From: an uncultured Rikenellaceae bacterium
Lineage (GTDB): Bacteria > Bacteroidota > Bacteroidia > Bacteroidales > VadinHA17
Assembly (NCBI GenBank): GCA_963696805.1
Contig: CAVOLF010000005.1
Coordinates: forward strand, 526,582 to 590,581
Reading direction: 5' to 3'
DNA: 64,000 bases
Shown: positions 34,873 to 44,435 of the stretch, in pieces
Numbering within the stretch: position 1 is the first letter of the stretch
How the letters are laid out: every line of letters begins with the position of its first letter
Made by a program: the position numbers and the translations under genes
The notes under the pieces: model-generated
The model's input: the letters and a program-made list of their open reading frames with translations, nothing else
What the model was told of the DNA's origin: nothing
The model's database searches: none

Positions 34873-35592
34873 TCAGAGTGTTATTATCTCGTATCTCAGA
34901 TTTAATGCATCCACCTGCAGGAGTCTACCTGAGAGGATTTCACCTGCCCCTGTGATGATCTTGATCACCTCACAGGCCTGGCATGACCCGATTATTCCTG
35001 GAAGAGCGCCTATCACACCAAGGTCTGAAGGGCTGGCATCAGCTTCCGTACGGGTTTCTTCGGGATAGAGGTCCCTGTATGAAGGTCCGCCCATGTAATT
35101 GAACACCGATACCTGTCCCATGAACTGGCTGACAGCCCCGTAGATCATAGGAATACCGGCAGCACGGGTGGAGTCATTAAGGAGATAACGGGTGGCATAG
35201 TTGTCACTGCAATCGACGGCCACCTCATAATCGCGGAGAAGTTCCATTGCATTCGCCTCGTCAAATCTCACCGGATATTGCCTTACTTCAACCAGGGGAT
35301 TAAGGCGTGAGAGTCTTTCGGCAGCTGCCTCAACCTTTAGTCTTGTGATATCTCCGGTGACATACAGTACCTGCCTCTGGAGATTGCTCAGGTGAACATC
35401 GTCAGGATCAACTACACCCAGAGTGCCCACTCCTGCGGCAGCAAGGTACAAGAGTACGGGCGATCCCAGTCCGCCGGCGCCTACAACCAGAACCCGGGCA
35501 TTCATAAGCTTTTCCTGCCCTTCCTCTCCAACGGCCGGGATAATCAGCTGCCGATGGTAGCGGAGTATATCATTTTTGCTTAGTACCGTCAT
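34873..35592 (-). CDS. ThiF/MoeB/HesA-family adenylyltransferase
   Basis: 239 aa. RYHRQLIIP..GEEGQEKL and the nucleotide loop VLVVGAGGLGSPVLLYLAAAGVG. Confidence 0.85.
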   Translation of the reverse strand: MTVLSKNDILRYHRQLIIPAVGEEGQEKLMNARVLVVGAGGLGSPVLLYLAAAGVGTLGVVDPDDVHLSNLQRQVLYVTGDITRLKVEAAAERLSRLNPLVEVRQYPVRFDEANAMELLRDYEVAVDCSDNYATRYLLNDSTRAAGIPMIYGAVSQFMGQVSVFNYMGGPSYRDLYPEETRTEADASPSDLGVIGALPGIIGSCQACEVIKIITGAGEILSGRLLQVDALNLRYEIITL

Positions 35593-35751
35593 TCAGGCTT
35601 ATTTGTGTTGTCAGTAAGTTGTTGTGAGTGTAAAGGTAACATGTTCATTCCTTAAAATCATACGGATTAAAAATGATTGTGCAGCCAAATCATATTCAAA
35701 ATCGAGGAGAAGTAAAAATGTTATAAGTATATATCATTAGTAAATACTAAC

Positions 35752-35759
35752 TATATTTG
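35752..35759 (+). promoter_or_regulatory. Candidate Bacteroidota -7 promoter box TAnnTTTG
   Basis: TATATTTG lies 5 nt upstream of the MarR ATG, in an AT-rich spacer. This would imply a very short or absent leader. Confidence 0.3.
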
Positions 35760-35763
35760 CGAC

Positions 35764-36174
35764 ATGAACGAATTGAAGAAGATTATTGAGAAGCTTTCCG
35801 GAATGATGGGTCAGATGGAAGAGAATGCCAAAGAGCAATATAATTTTTCAGGACTGACCCTGACCCAAATGCATTACATGGAGGTCATAAATAATCTGGG
35901 GAATCCAAATCTGACAGAGCTGGCCTCTGCTCTCAGACTGTCAAAACCTACGGTGACAGTTGCTGTTGAGAAGCTTATTGAAAAGGATTATCTGTTCAAA
36001 GTCAAGTCAGATGCTGATCGAAGAAGTCAGCATATACACCTGACCGAAAAGGGTCATTTGATTAACGGGATGCATGATTATGCACACGGGAAAATAGCTG
36101 AAGATATGCGCAGGAACCTGAGCGACGATGAGCTGAAGCAGCTTGTACGCCTTCTGGGTAAAGTAGTACAGTGA
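35764..36174 (+). CDS. MarR-family transcriptional regulator
   Basis: 136 aa. Winged-helix text LTLTQMHYMEVINNLGNPNLTELASALRLSKPTVTVAVEKLIEKDYL..DRRSQHIHLT. Confidence 0.85.
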   Translation: MNELKKIIEKLSGMMGQMEENAKEQYNFSGLTLTQMHYMEVINNLGNPNLTELASALRLSKPTVTVAVEKLIEKDYLFKVKSDADRRSQHIHLTEKGHLINGMHDYAHGKIAEDMRRNLSDDELKQLVRLLGKVVQ

Positions 36175-36215
36175 TCTAATTCAGCACATAATGCGTAAGT
36201 AATAATTAAAACAGC

Positions 36216-38792
36216 ATGAGTACTTTTTTTAAAACTGACTACAAGGGACTGACCACTGAAGAGGTCAGGCAAAAGCAAGTCGCAGAGGGTTTTAACGAGC
36301 TGCCTTCTTCAAAACCCAAAAACGTATTGCAGATAGCTTTGGGAGTTATCAAAGAGCCAATGTTCCTCTTGCTTGTTGCGTGCGGGACTTTGTATCTGTT
36401 TCTTGGAGATCTTACGGAGGGGCTGATGCTGCTGGGTTTTGTTTTCGTGATCATGGGTATAGAATTTTACCAGGAGAAGAAGACTGAAAAAGCTCTTGAT
36501 GCTCTGAAAGACCTTGCAAGTCCGCGTGCTCTTGTAATAAGGGACGGAGATGAGATCAGAATAGCAGGCCGCGATGTGGTTACCGGTGATATTGTCATGC
36601 TTCAGGAAGGTGACAGGGTACCCGCTGATGCCATTGTATTGCAGTCTGTTAACCTTGCTGCAGATGAATCCCTTCTCACTGGGGAGTCAGTGCCTGTAAG
36701 AAAGCGGGATTGGCAGGAGGGCGATAAGGAGGTAATTCCCGGTGGTGATGACCTGCCCATGGTGTATTCGGGTTCCATGATAGTCCAGGGCAACGGTATT
36801 GTTAAGGTTATTGCTGTTGCCCTCAATACGGAAATAGGTAAGATAGGCAAGGCTCTGGAAGAGGTAAAGGAGGAACCGACCAAGCTGAAAAGGGAGATGG
36901 GTATTCTTGTAAAGCGTCTTGCCATCATCGGAATTTTGTTATGTGTACTGGTAATAGTTGTTTATACAGTTACTAGAGGTGATCTTCTGAAAGGATTTCT
37001 GGCCGGCATCACTCTGGCGATGGCCATGTTACCTGAAGAATTCCCGGTGGTGCTTACAATCTTCATGGCCCTGGGCGCCTGGAGGATATCAAAAAAGGCT
37101 GTTTTAACCCGTAAACCGTCAGCCATTGAGACCCTTGGTTCGGCAACAGTTCTATGCACCGATAAAACCGGAACGCTCACAAAGAACAAAATGACTGTCA
37201 CAAGTCTGCATAACGGAATAGAATTTCTCGATATGGACAGCGGGGGCAATTTCCCTGAGTCATTCCATGAAATAATAGAATACGGTATTCTCTCAAGCCA
37301 GATACATCCTTTTGATCCGATGGAAAAGGCTATTACGAGTGTCGGCGAGAAATTCCTGAAAGGGACAGAGCACATTCATGCCGACTGGGAGATGGCGAAA
37401 GAGTATCCGCTGTCAATAGAATTGCTGGCAATGTCAAGGGTGTTTACCAATACCGGAACACAAAAGAAGGTAATTGCATCAAAGGGAGCTCCGGAAGCCA
37501 TCTTTGACCTCTGTCACCTGGATGAAAAAGCAGTCGGAAAATATGAGACTGCAGTTGCAGAAATGGCATCATCAGGACTCAGGGTTCTGGGGGTTGCCAG
37601 GGCACATATAAACCGGGAGACACTGCCGGCTGAACAGCACGATTTTGATTTTGAATTTCTGGGGTTGATCGGATTGTCAGACCCTGTCAGGGAAAATGTT
37701 CCGCAGGCCATTAAGGAATGTTACAATGCCGGCATAAGAGTGATAATGATTACAGGCGATTACCCTGTTACAGCTATGAATATTGCGAAGGAGATAGGTC
37801 TGAAGAACCCTGATCTCTGCATTACCGGGCCGGAACTTAATAAACTCAGCGAAGAGGAGTTGTCTGAAAGGATAAAGGAGGTAAACATTTTTGCCAGGGT
37901 CATCCCTGAACAGAAACTCAAGATAGTGAATGCCCTGAAAAGGAATGACGAGATAGTGGGAATGACAGGTGACGGGGTGAATGACGCCCCGGCACTGAAA
38001 TCGTCTAACATTGGAATTGCTATGGGAGAGAGAGGTACTGATGTAGCCAGGGAGGCCTCTTCGCTGGTACTGATGGATGACAACTTTGCATCAATAGTAG
38101 GTGCCATAAGGATGGGTCGCCGAATTTTTGACAACCTTCAGAAAGCGCTGGGCTATATCTTCGCTATACATGTTCCTATTGCCGGTTTGTCACTTATACC
38201 GGTAATGTTTGCAGATCTGCCCCTGATCTTGTGGCCGGTGCATATCGTCTTTCTTGAGCTGATCATAGACCCTGCCTGCTCAATAATCTTTGAGGCTGAA
38301 AAGGAAGAGTCAGGATTGATGAACAGACCTCCCAAGGCTATTGAAGAACCGTTCTTCGGGGCCAGGAAAATTCTGGTTAGCTGCTCCCAGGGGTTAGGTA
38401 TCCTTGCCGTGGCACTACTGGTATATTTTATCGGACTGCGGCTCGGGTATTCTGAAAATGAGGTGAGAACCCTGACTTTTGTGAGCCTTATTGCTTCAAA
38501 TATTGCTGTAATTCTGTCAAACCGTTCATGGACCTCAAATATTTTCAAGATCATTATTACTCCTAACAAATCAGTAAAATGGGTCATTGGCGGAGCAATA
38601 GTTTTCCTTGTATTGATACTCACGGTTCCTTTCCTGACAAGCCTTTTCCAGTTTGAAAGAATAAGTTTCACCGAGGTTGTGATCAGCGCACTGGCCGGGT
38701 TACTAAGTATTACCGGTTTCGAGTTGTACAAGCTTATAAAAAGAAAGGAATCCACGGTTAAAACTGAAGAGAAACAACTTCTGCCGGGTTAA
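36216..38792 (+). CDS. Cation-translocating P-type ATPase (P2, Ca/Mg-type)
   Basis: 858 aa with TGES, the phosphorylation site DKTGTLT, TGDGVNDAPAL and about 10 hydrophobic helices. Confidence 0.9.
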   Translation: MSTFFKTDYKGLTTEEVRQKQVAEGFNELPSSKPKNVLQIALGVIKEPMFLLLVACGTLYLFLGDLTEGLMLLGFVFVIMGIEFYQEKKTEKALDALKDLASPRALVIRDGDEIRIAGRDVVTGDIVMLQEGDRVPADAIVLQSVNLAADESLLTGESVPVRKRDWQEGDKEVIPGGDDLPMVYSGSMIVQGNGIVKVIAVALNTEIGKIGKALEEVKEEPTKLKREMGILVKRLAIIGILLCVLVIVVYTVTRGDLLKGFLAGITLAMAMLPEEFPVVLTIFMALGAWRISKKAVLTRKPSAIETLGSATVLCTDKTGTLTKNKMTVTSLHNGIEFLDMDSGGNFPESFHEIIEYGILSSQIHPFDPMEKAITSVGEKFLKGTEHIHADWEMAKEYPLSIELLAMSRVFTNTGTQKKVIASKGAPEAIFDLCHLDEKAVGKYETAVAEMASSGLRVLGVARAHINRETLPAEQHDFDFEFLGLIGLSDPVRENVPQAIKECYNAGIRVIMITGDYPVTAMNIAKEIGLKNPDLCITGPELNKLSEEELSERIKEVNIFARVIPEQKLKIVNALKRNDEIVGMTGDGVNDAPALKSSNIGIAMGERGTDVAREASSLVLMDDNFASIVGAIRMGRRIFDNLQKALGYIFAIHVPIAGLSLIPVMFADLPLILWPVHIVFLELIIDPACSIIFEAEKEESGLMNRPPKAIEEPFFGARKILVSCSQGLGILAVALLVYFIGLRLGYSENEVRTLTFVSLIASNIAVILSNRSWTSNIFKIIITPNKSVKWVIGGAIVFLVLILTVPFLTSLFQFERISFTEVVISALAGLLSITGFELYKLIKRKESTVKTEEKQLLPG

Positions 38793-38980
38793 TGCATCAG
38801 ACGTTCATCAAGACAGATGAGGAGGGCACCGAGGCTGCTGCAGCCACAGTTGTTGAGTTTGAATTTACATCGATGCCGATGACCACAGTTGTTAATATCA
38901 ACCGTCCTTTCCTCTATTTCATCAGGGAGACGACAACAGGCACCATAGTCTTTATGGGACAGGTGGTTGACCCCAGATAA
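38792..38980 (+). pseudogene. Serpin C-terminal remnant (reactive-centre loop hinge to C-terminus only)
   Basis: The 62-aa ORF contains the serpin hinge EEGTEAAAAT. VNINRPFLYFI fits the serpin signature pattern, and TGTIVFMGQVVDP follows. About 300 N-terminal residues are missing. Its ATG overlaps the ATPase TAA (TAATG). Confidence 0.75.
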
Positions 38981-39106
38981 TTTGCAACTGGCGATTTACG
39001 TCCCGACACTTCGTGTACGGGATTGATCCTGCGCCTGTGTCGCCGGCTCAAATTTGCGATTTCCGAATGGGATGACTTAATGCCGGTATTGCAACAGGGC
39101 AATACT

Positions 39107-40210
39107 TTATTCTCCTGAAGTGCTGCTCTTGTATTCCATCAACAGCGACTGGAACACCTCCTTAACCGAGAATATGTGGGTTGCCCTGAAGGCGTTTGAT
39201 CCGGCAAAGGCATAACCTGATTCAAAATTTCCCTTGAGTGCATTCATCAGTGCAATGATGATACAATAGGGGCTCTTCGAGATGTCACAGGTCCTGATGC
39301 ACTTAAAGGGACACGCTTTTGGTTGCTTTTTGCCAGCCTTAACCTTATTTATAAAGTTACTGAGAATAGCTCTTCCCGGCATTCCAACCGGGCTTTTGAT
39401 TATTTCAATATCTTTTTCCGAAGCATCAATATAGCTCTTCTTAAAGTCAGGGGAGGCATCACATTCATCAGTGGTCACGAACCTTGTCCCCATCTGTACT
39501 CCCGATGCCCCAAGGGCCATGATATCACGGATATCCTTTCCGGTATAGATACCTCCTGCAGCAATCAGCGGGATCTGCTGACCGTATTTTTCTTCGAAGG
39601 GCTTCAGTTCATTTACTATTTCAGGAACAAGCTTTTCGAGAGAATAGTTACTGTCTTCGATCTGCTCTTCCTTAAAACCGAGATGACCCCCTGCCTTTGG
39701 TCCCTCAACAATAACGGCATCAGGCAGGTAGTCATAATTGGTCTTCCATTTGTCACAGATTATTTTTGCGGCTCTGGCTGATGAGACTATAGGTACCAGC
39801 TTTGTGCTGCTATCCTTTTTAAGGAAGGAGGGCATGTCCAGCGGCAGACCGGCCCCGGCGATAAGGATATCGACCTTTTCAGCAATTGCTGTCTTCACCA
39901 TATCGGCAAAGTTGGTCATTGCCACCATAACGTTGACACCGATAACTCCTGCTGTTTTTTCCCGTGCTTTGCGTATCTCTTCCTTAAGTCCTGCTATGCT
40001 TGCTTCAAGGTAATCTACCGATAGGTTTTTGTAAAGCAGGCCAAGTCCTGCGCTTGATATTATGCCTGCACCGCCTTCATTGGCAACTGCTGAGGCAAGC
40101 CCTGAAAGTGAAATCCCCACTCCCATTCCACCCTGTATGACCGGAACAGCGATCTCCAGGTTCCCTATTTTCAATGCATTCACGATATTTCTATGATTAT
40201 TTTCGTGCAA
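39107..40210 (-). CDS. Nitronate monooxygenase / NAD(P)H-dependent flavin oxidoreductase family (FabK-like fold)
   Basis: 367 aa. PVIQGGMGVGIS..., GVNVM and AAGGIYTGKDI are typical of the NPD/FabK TIM-barrel FMN family. Confidence 0.8.
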   Translation of the reverse strand: MHENNHRNIVNALKIGNLEIAVPVIQGGMGVGISLSGLASAVANEGGAGIISSAGLGLLYKNLSVDYLEASIAGLKEEIRKAREKTAGVIGVNVMVAMTNFADMVKTAIAEKVDILIAGAGLPLDMPSFLKKDSSTKLVPIVSSARAAKIICDKWKTNYDYLPDAVIVEGPKAGGHLGFKEEQIEDSNYSLEKLVPEIVNELKPFEEKYGQQIPLIAAGGIYTGKDIRDIMALGASGVQMGTRFVTTDECDASPDFKKSYIDASEKDIEIIKSPVGMPGRAILSNFINKVKAGKKQPKACPFKCIRTCDISKSPYCIIIALMNALKGNFESGYAFAGSNAFRATHIFSVKEVFQSLLMEYKSSTSGE

Positions 40211-40388
40211 ATGTATCCTTTAATTGACAGCAATTACGGTTAGGCAGATAATTAGCATAAATATCAGTGACTTATTAACTTTTATTATGTTTTGTCACCT
40301 CGTTCAAAAGTCTTTACTTTACCTGCTTTCCGTGAAAATATTTTATGTTTTCATCATCTGGTCGCCGAGAAAATAAAAATTCAGTCAT

Positions 40389-41294
40389 ATGTCAGCAATG
40401 AACCTGACATATATTGATTTTCTGGTCAGCGCAGTGCTGGCCACGATCATGTTTGGCGTGGGGCTCTCGATCAACTTTAATGATCTCAGACATATATACC
40501 GGTCACCGAAGGCATTCATCCTCGGGCTGATCTCGCAGATGATCCTGCTGCCCTTAATTGTATTTGCCATCATCGGATTTACCGATCTGCCGCCGGTTAT
40601 CAAGGTTGGCTTCATCATTCTTTCAGCCTGCCCGGGCGGAACCACCTCCGGCTTTGTGACCGTGCTCTTCAGAGGGAATGTGGCTCTGTCGGTTTCACTC
40701 ATTGCCGTTAACAGTCTGTTGACGCTGGCAACCATTCCGCTTCTGGTCAACCTGGCACTTACGGTTTTCACAGGCAGGCACTCTTCGTTCGAGCTGCCGC
40801 TGGTGCAGACTTTCCTTCAGATCTTTTTTATAACTCTTCTGCCTGCTTTCACAGGTGTTCTGCTAAGGTATTACCGTGAGAAAATTGCCGACAGGATACA
40901 GCGGCCGGTAAGAACAGTGATGATCATTCTCTTTGCGGGGGTTTATACCCTGATTGCGTTTGCGGATGAGACAAAAGGGGGGTCGGGCATCACTTTTACA
41001 GATTTGTGGAGCATCCTGCCATATGCGATTATAATAAATTTTGCAGGTTTTTCAGCAGGGATGGCTATGGGCATCTTTGGAAAAACCGGCATAAGAACAT
41101 CATGGACGATAGGGGTGGAGGTCGCCCTTCAGAACACCACGCTGGCGTTGCTTGTTGCCGGAACGCTTATCCAGAGCAATGAGATGGTAAAGCCTGCCCT
41201 GGTTTATGCCCTCTTCTCTTTCTGGACCGCCCTTCTTTACGGCATTGCCGTCAAGTGGTACAATAAGTCAAAGTTGTTCGGCGAATTTAATTAG
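40389..41294 (+). CDS. Bile acid:sodium symporter (BASS) family transporter
   Basis: 301 aa, polytopic. FGVGLS...LSACPGGTTS motif. Confidence 0.85.
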   Translation: MSAMNLTYIDFLVSAVLATIMFGVGLSINFNDLRHIYRSPKAFILGLISQMILLPLIVFAIIGFTDLPPVIKVGFIILSACPGGTTSGFVTVLFRGNVALSVSLIAVNSLLTLATIPLLVNLALTVFTGRHSSFELPLVQTFLQIFFITLLPAFTGVLLRYYREKIADRIQRPVRTVMIILFAGVYTLIAFADETKGGSGITFTDLWSILPYAIIINFAGFSAGMAMGIFGKTGIRTSWTIGVEVALQNTTLALLVAGTLIQSNEMVKPALVYALFSFWTALLYGIAVKWYNKSKLFGEFN

Positions 41295-41315
41295 CATTCC
41301 CTCAACCTGATTTTT

Positions 41316-41350
41316 TACTACTGCCTATTGCCTATTGACTACTGCCTGAT
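41316..41350. repeat. Heptamer array of family A (mRNA sense GGCAGTA GTCAATA GGCAATA GGCAGTA)
   Basis: The plus strand reads TACTACTGCCTATTGCCTATTGACTACTGCCTGAT. In GH20 sense it encodes the last residues SGSSQ and supplies the TAG stop. Confidence 0.6.
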
Positions 41351-42969
41351 TCTTTTGAATATGCCAGTCCCAGGGCATCAAACCTCTCCATCATCTTCGG
41401 CAGGCGTGTGCTGAACCCTTCCCAGGTACGGCTTTCAGGTGAAGACCACACCACCTCGGAGAGAGCAGTAAGCCTGGGCAGGATCATATGCTCGGCTGTT
41501 TTGCCGTCTGTCACATACTCAGTCCAGAGACACCCCTGGGCGCCGATTATGAATTTGCCCTCTTCGGCAGTGAGTTCGGCGGGCACAGGTTCAAAGGAGT
41601 AGACCTTCTTCAGGGTTATGAGTCCGCTGAAGGAGGCAGGTTCAGTTGCGGGGTCTCCCTGGTAAACATTGAAGTAACAGTGCGAGACCGGTGTCATCAC
41701 CGCATGATGTCCTGACCTGGCAGCGGTTATCCCTCCTTCAAAGCCCTGCCATGACATCACCGTAGCTTCCGGTGCCAGGCCTCCCTGTAGAATTTCATCC
41801 CATCCTATTAGCTTGCGTCCTTTCGATATGAGAAACTGTTCAATTCGTTTTACGAAGTAGCTCTGCAGCTCATCCTCATCCCCGAGTCCCTCTTTGCGTA
41901 TCCTTGCCTGGCATTCGGGGCACCTGCGCCACTCCGTCTTGTCAGCTTCATCGCCTCCTATGTGGATGTATTGCGACGGGAATAATTCAGTTACTTCGGT
42001 CAGCACATCTTCAAGGAATGTGAATGTCTCCTCCTTCCCGGCGCAGTAGATGTCAGTTATCGGCCATACGCCACCCGGAGGCACGGTAAAGGGTCCGCCG
42101 GTGCATGAATATTCCGGGTAGGCTGCCAGGGCGGAGCCCACATGTGCCGGCATCTCGATCTCAGGAACGACGGTAATATATCTCTCTGCTGCATAAGCCA
42201 CTATCTCCTTAATCTCCTCCTGTGTGTAGAAGCCCCCGTAGGTGGCTTTTTCTCCCGGCTGCTGAGGCTCCCTTGCATTCCACGGTCTGTCCTCGCGGTC
42301 GACACGCCATGCTCCGACCTCCGTGAGCCGAGGGTATTTCTTAATCTCAATACGCCAGCCCTGGTCATCAACAAGATGCCAGTGGAAGACATTCAGTTTG
42401 TGCAAGGCAAGGATGTCAATATACCTTTTGATGAATTCAACATCAAAGAAATGGCGGCTTACATCAAGGTGCATGCCTCTCCATTCAAACCGGGGATAGT
42501 CGTTTACCGACACACATGGCATTATCCATTTCACGTCGGAGACCAAAATGCTGCTCTCAATCTGCGGAGGGAGCAGCTGACGGATTGTCTGTACACCCCT
42601 GAAGAGACCATCAGGGGTTGCTGCCGTGAGAGTCACATTTCTCTTTTTAACCGTTAGCCTGTACTCCTCAGGCTTCCATACGCCGGATGTGTCAATGAGA
42701 AGTCTGATATCTCCACCATTGCCTTCTGAGGCCTTCAGCGCAAACCCGGTGGCAGGGCGCAGCAATCCGGCAAGGTGTTCTGCCACGGCTGCTGCTTCAT
42801 TGCCTCCCGTGTAGTTTATCCGGGTTGAAGGTTGAAGGATGAAAGCTCCGCCCGCCGTTTCCATTTGTACTGGCAGGGGTATGATCGCAGGCAATACTTT
42901 TTGCTTTGTTTCGCAGGAGATTAAAATGGCGCTAACCGCCATGATCGCTAAGAGATACTTAATCTTCAT
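41332..42969 (-). CDS. GH20 beta-N-acetylhexosaminidase, lipoprotein
   Basis: Lipobox ILISCETK. RGMHLDVSRHF, HWHLVDDQGWRIEIKKYP and HIGGDE catalytic text. Confidence 0.9.
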   Translation of the reverse strand: MKIKYLLAIMAVSAILISCETKQKVLPAIIPLPVQMETAGGAFILQPSTRINYTGGNEAAAVAEHLAGLLRPATGFALKASEGNGGDIRLLIDTSGVWKPEEYRLTVKKRNVTLTAATPDGLFRGVQTIRQLLPPQIESSILVSDVKWIMPCVSVNDYPRFEWRGMHLDVSRHFFDVEFIKRYIDILALHKLNVFHWHLVDDQGWRIEIKKYPRLTEVGAWRVDREDRPWNAREPQQPGEKATYGGFYTQEEIKEIVAYAAERYITVVPEIEMPAHVGSALAAYPEYSCTGGPFTVPPGGVWPITDIYCAGKEETFTFLEDVLTEVTELFPSQYIHIGGDEADKTEWRRCPECQARIRKEGLGDEDELQSYFVKRIEQFLISKGRKLIGWDEILQGGLAPEATVMSWQGFEGGITAARSGHHAVMTPVSHCYFNVYQGDPATEPASFSGLITLKKVYSFEPVPAELTAEEGKFIIGAQGCLWTEYVTDGKTAEHMILPRLTALSEVVWSSPESRTWEGFSTRLPKMMERFDALGLAYSKESGSSQ

Positions 42970-43060
42970 ATAACCTAAATCTTTTGTCCGCCGTATCTGC
43001 CAGATGTGGTGGAGGAGGCGGGGTTAATCCTTGTTCGTAGTTCGATATCACAGGGTCAGT

Positions 43061-44398
43061 TCATTCTACAACATCAATGTCAAATATTTCATGTCTGTCG
43101 AACTGCAGCCAGTACTTAATCGAGTTTTTTCTTACCAGTTCCCAGTAGATATCGCTGTCGAGGCTGTAGATGAAATTTATTTCCCTGAGTTCAGCAGAGA
43201 CTTTGTCGGCAAGCTCTTTTTTGAGTGAGATGCGTACTGTTTTTCCTTTGTGGGTGAAGTCAGCCGCAGCAAAAAATGGTTTCTCAGTGCTGACTGTCAG
43301 CAGTCCGTGTCCGGGAGTTGCTCCGGTGCTTACCTGGATACCGTCATTCATGCAGCTCAGGGGCGGCATTGAGCCTGCGTGGGTTGTTACAATCATCTCA
43401 TCAACACCTGTGCAGAAATATTCACGTGCACGGATCCCCATTTTAACACCTATAATTGCTAACACTCCAAGATGTCGATGGAGCTCGTTGCCGATCACCC
43501 CCGAGGTCCATTCATCTTCACCGTACCGGTTGCGTATTTCAGATACGAACGGCTGAAGGTCAGGCATATAGAAAGAAGTATCAGGGGGCATTCTCTTGAT
43601 AACCTGCATCCTCTCCACCGTTTCACCCCTGAGAATCTTCAGGGTTGCCTGGCGCAAGGCACTTAGGTCAGCCGGTGAGTGGTAAATGCCCTTGTTATCT
43701 GTTTCCGTGGCGGTGAAGAGTTCTGGGAAATGAAGTAGCAGCGGTACCATTTCATCAAAGGCAGTATAAACAAATGAATGCGAAGGCATAGAGTTGATAA
43801 GATCCTTCACCCTGGCGGCATATGGGGTATGAATATTCCCAATCTTCTCAAGCAGATCCTTATCATAAAAGCCATCTCCGCCAGCGCCGGTCACGATAAC
43901 GGGAACTGATCCTGCCAGTACTTTCTCAGTGGCACCGGGTGATGCCATGTAGTTGAATCCTTCCTTGCCGGGCAGCCCGCTGTTTGTCCAGATAACCTGT
44001 TTCACCTTTTCGTTGAACTTAGGTGATTGATCCATTGCATCTGATACTGTCTTCAGTGGTCCCATGGCAATGAAGGTTACCGGAGTCGTTTCTGCCGTCA
44101 GGGTCTCTTCTATGAGCCTGACAGCATCTTCACCGACTTCTACGGGCAAACCCTGATGCCACAGTCCGTCGACCATTGTCCTGATCTTTTCATATGCAAC
44201 AGGTGCTTTGTGATACCCGTCAGATGCTGTTATGGCGAGTATCCTGACATCAGGAGATGCCAGCAACATGCATATTGCCTTCAGGTCGTCTATGCCTCCG
44301 TCGCTGTCAATGATCACGTAATGACGGGGCTTCCAGGGGTGCGCACCGGCAGGGATAATCAGCAGCAGAAGCAGAAATGCAAGCAGAGTCCGTCTCAT
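43061..44398 (-). CDS. Secreted fusion protein: nucleoside hydrolase-like N-domain plus FmdE-like C-domain
   Basis: Signal MRRTLLAFLLLLLIIPAGA. IIDSDGGIDD matches the IUNH DxDxxxDD motif. The C-terminal HRHLGVLAIIGVKMG...SCMNDGIQVSTGATPGHGLL resembles the FmdE family (HGHxCPG...C.DxIQ..TGCT.GKGNL) but lacks most of the cysteines. Confidence 0.65.
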   Translation of the reverse strand: MRRTLLAFLLLLLIIPAGAHPWKPRHYVIIDSDGGIDDLKAICMLLASPDVRILAITASDGYHKAPVAYEKIRTMVDGLWHQGLPVEVGEDAVRLIEETLTAETTPVTFIAMGPLKTVSDAMDQSPKFNEKVKQVIWTNSGLPGKEGFNYMASPGATEKVLAGSVPVIVTGAGGDGFYDKDLLEKIGNIHTPYAARVKDLINSMPSHSFVYTAFDEMVPLLLHFPELFTATETDNKGIYHSPADLSALRQATLKILRGETVERMQVIKRMPPDTSFYMPDLQPFVSEIRNRYGEDEWTSGVIGNELHRHLGVLAIIGVKMGIRAREYFCTGVDEMIVTTHAGSMPPLSCMNDGIQVSTGATPGHGLLTVSTEKPFFAAADFTHKGKTVRISLKKELADKVSAELREINFIYSLDSDIYWELVRKNSIKYWLQFDRHEIFDIDVVE

Positions 44399-44435
44399 TC
44401 TTCCTGTTTTTCCAAATGTAATAATTTAACGCCTA

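Noticed and set aside
38981-39106. Imperfect hairpin CCCGACAC-TTCG-GTGTACGGG and duplicated GCGATTT(A/C)CG motifs after the serpin remnant, considered as a terminator or small RNA.
   Set aside because: The stem is bulged and short and no U-tract follows. The evidence is too thin beyond a possible relation to the family B motifs.
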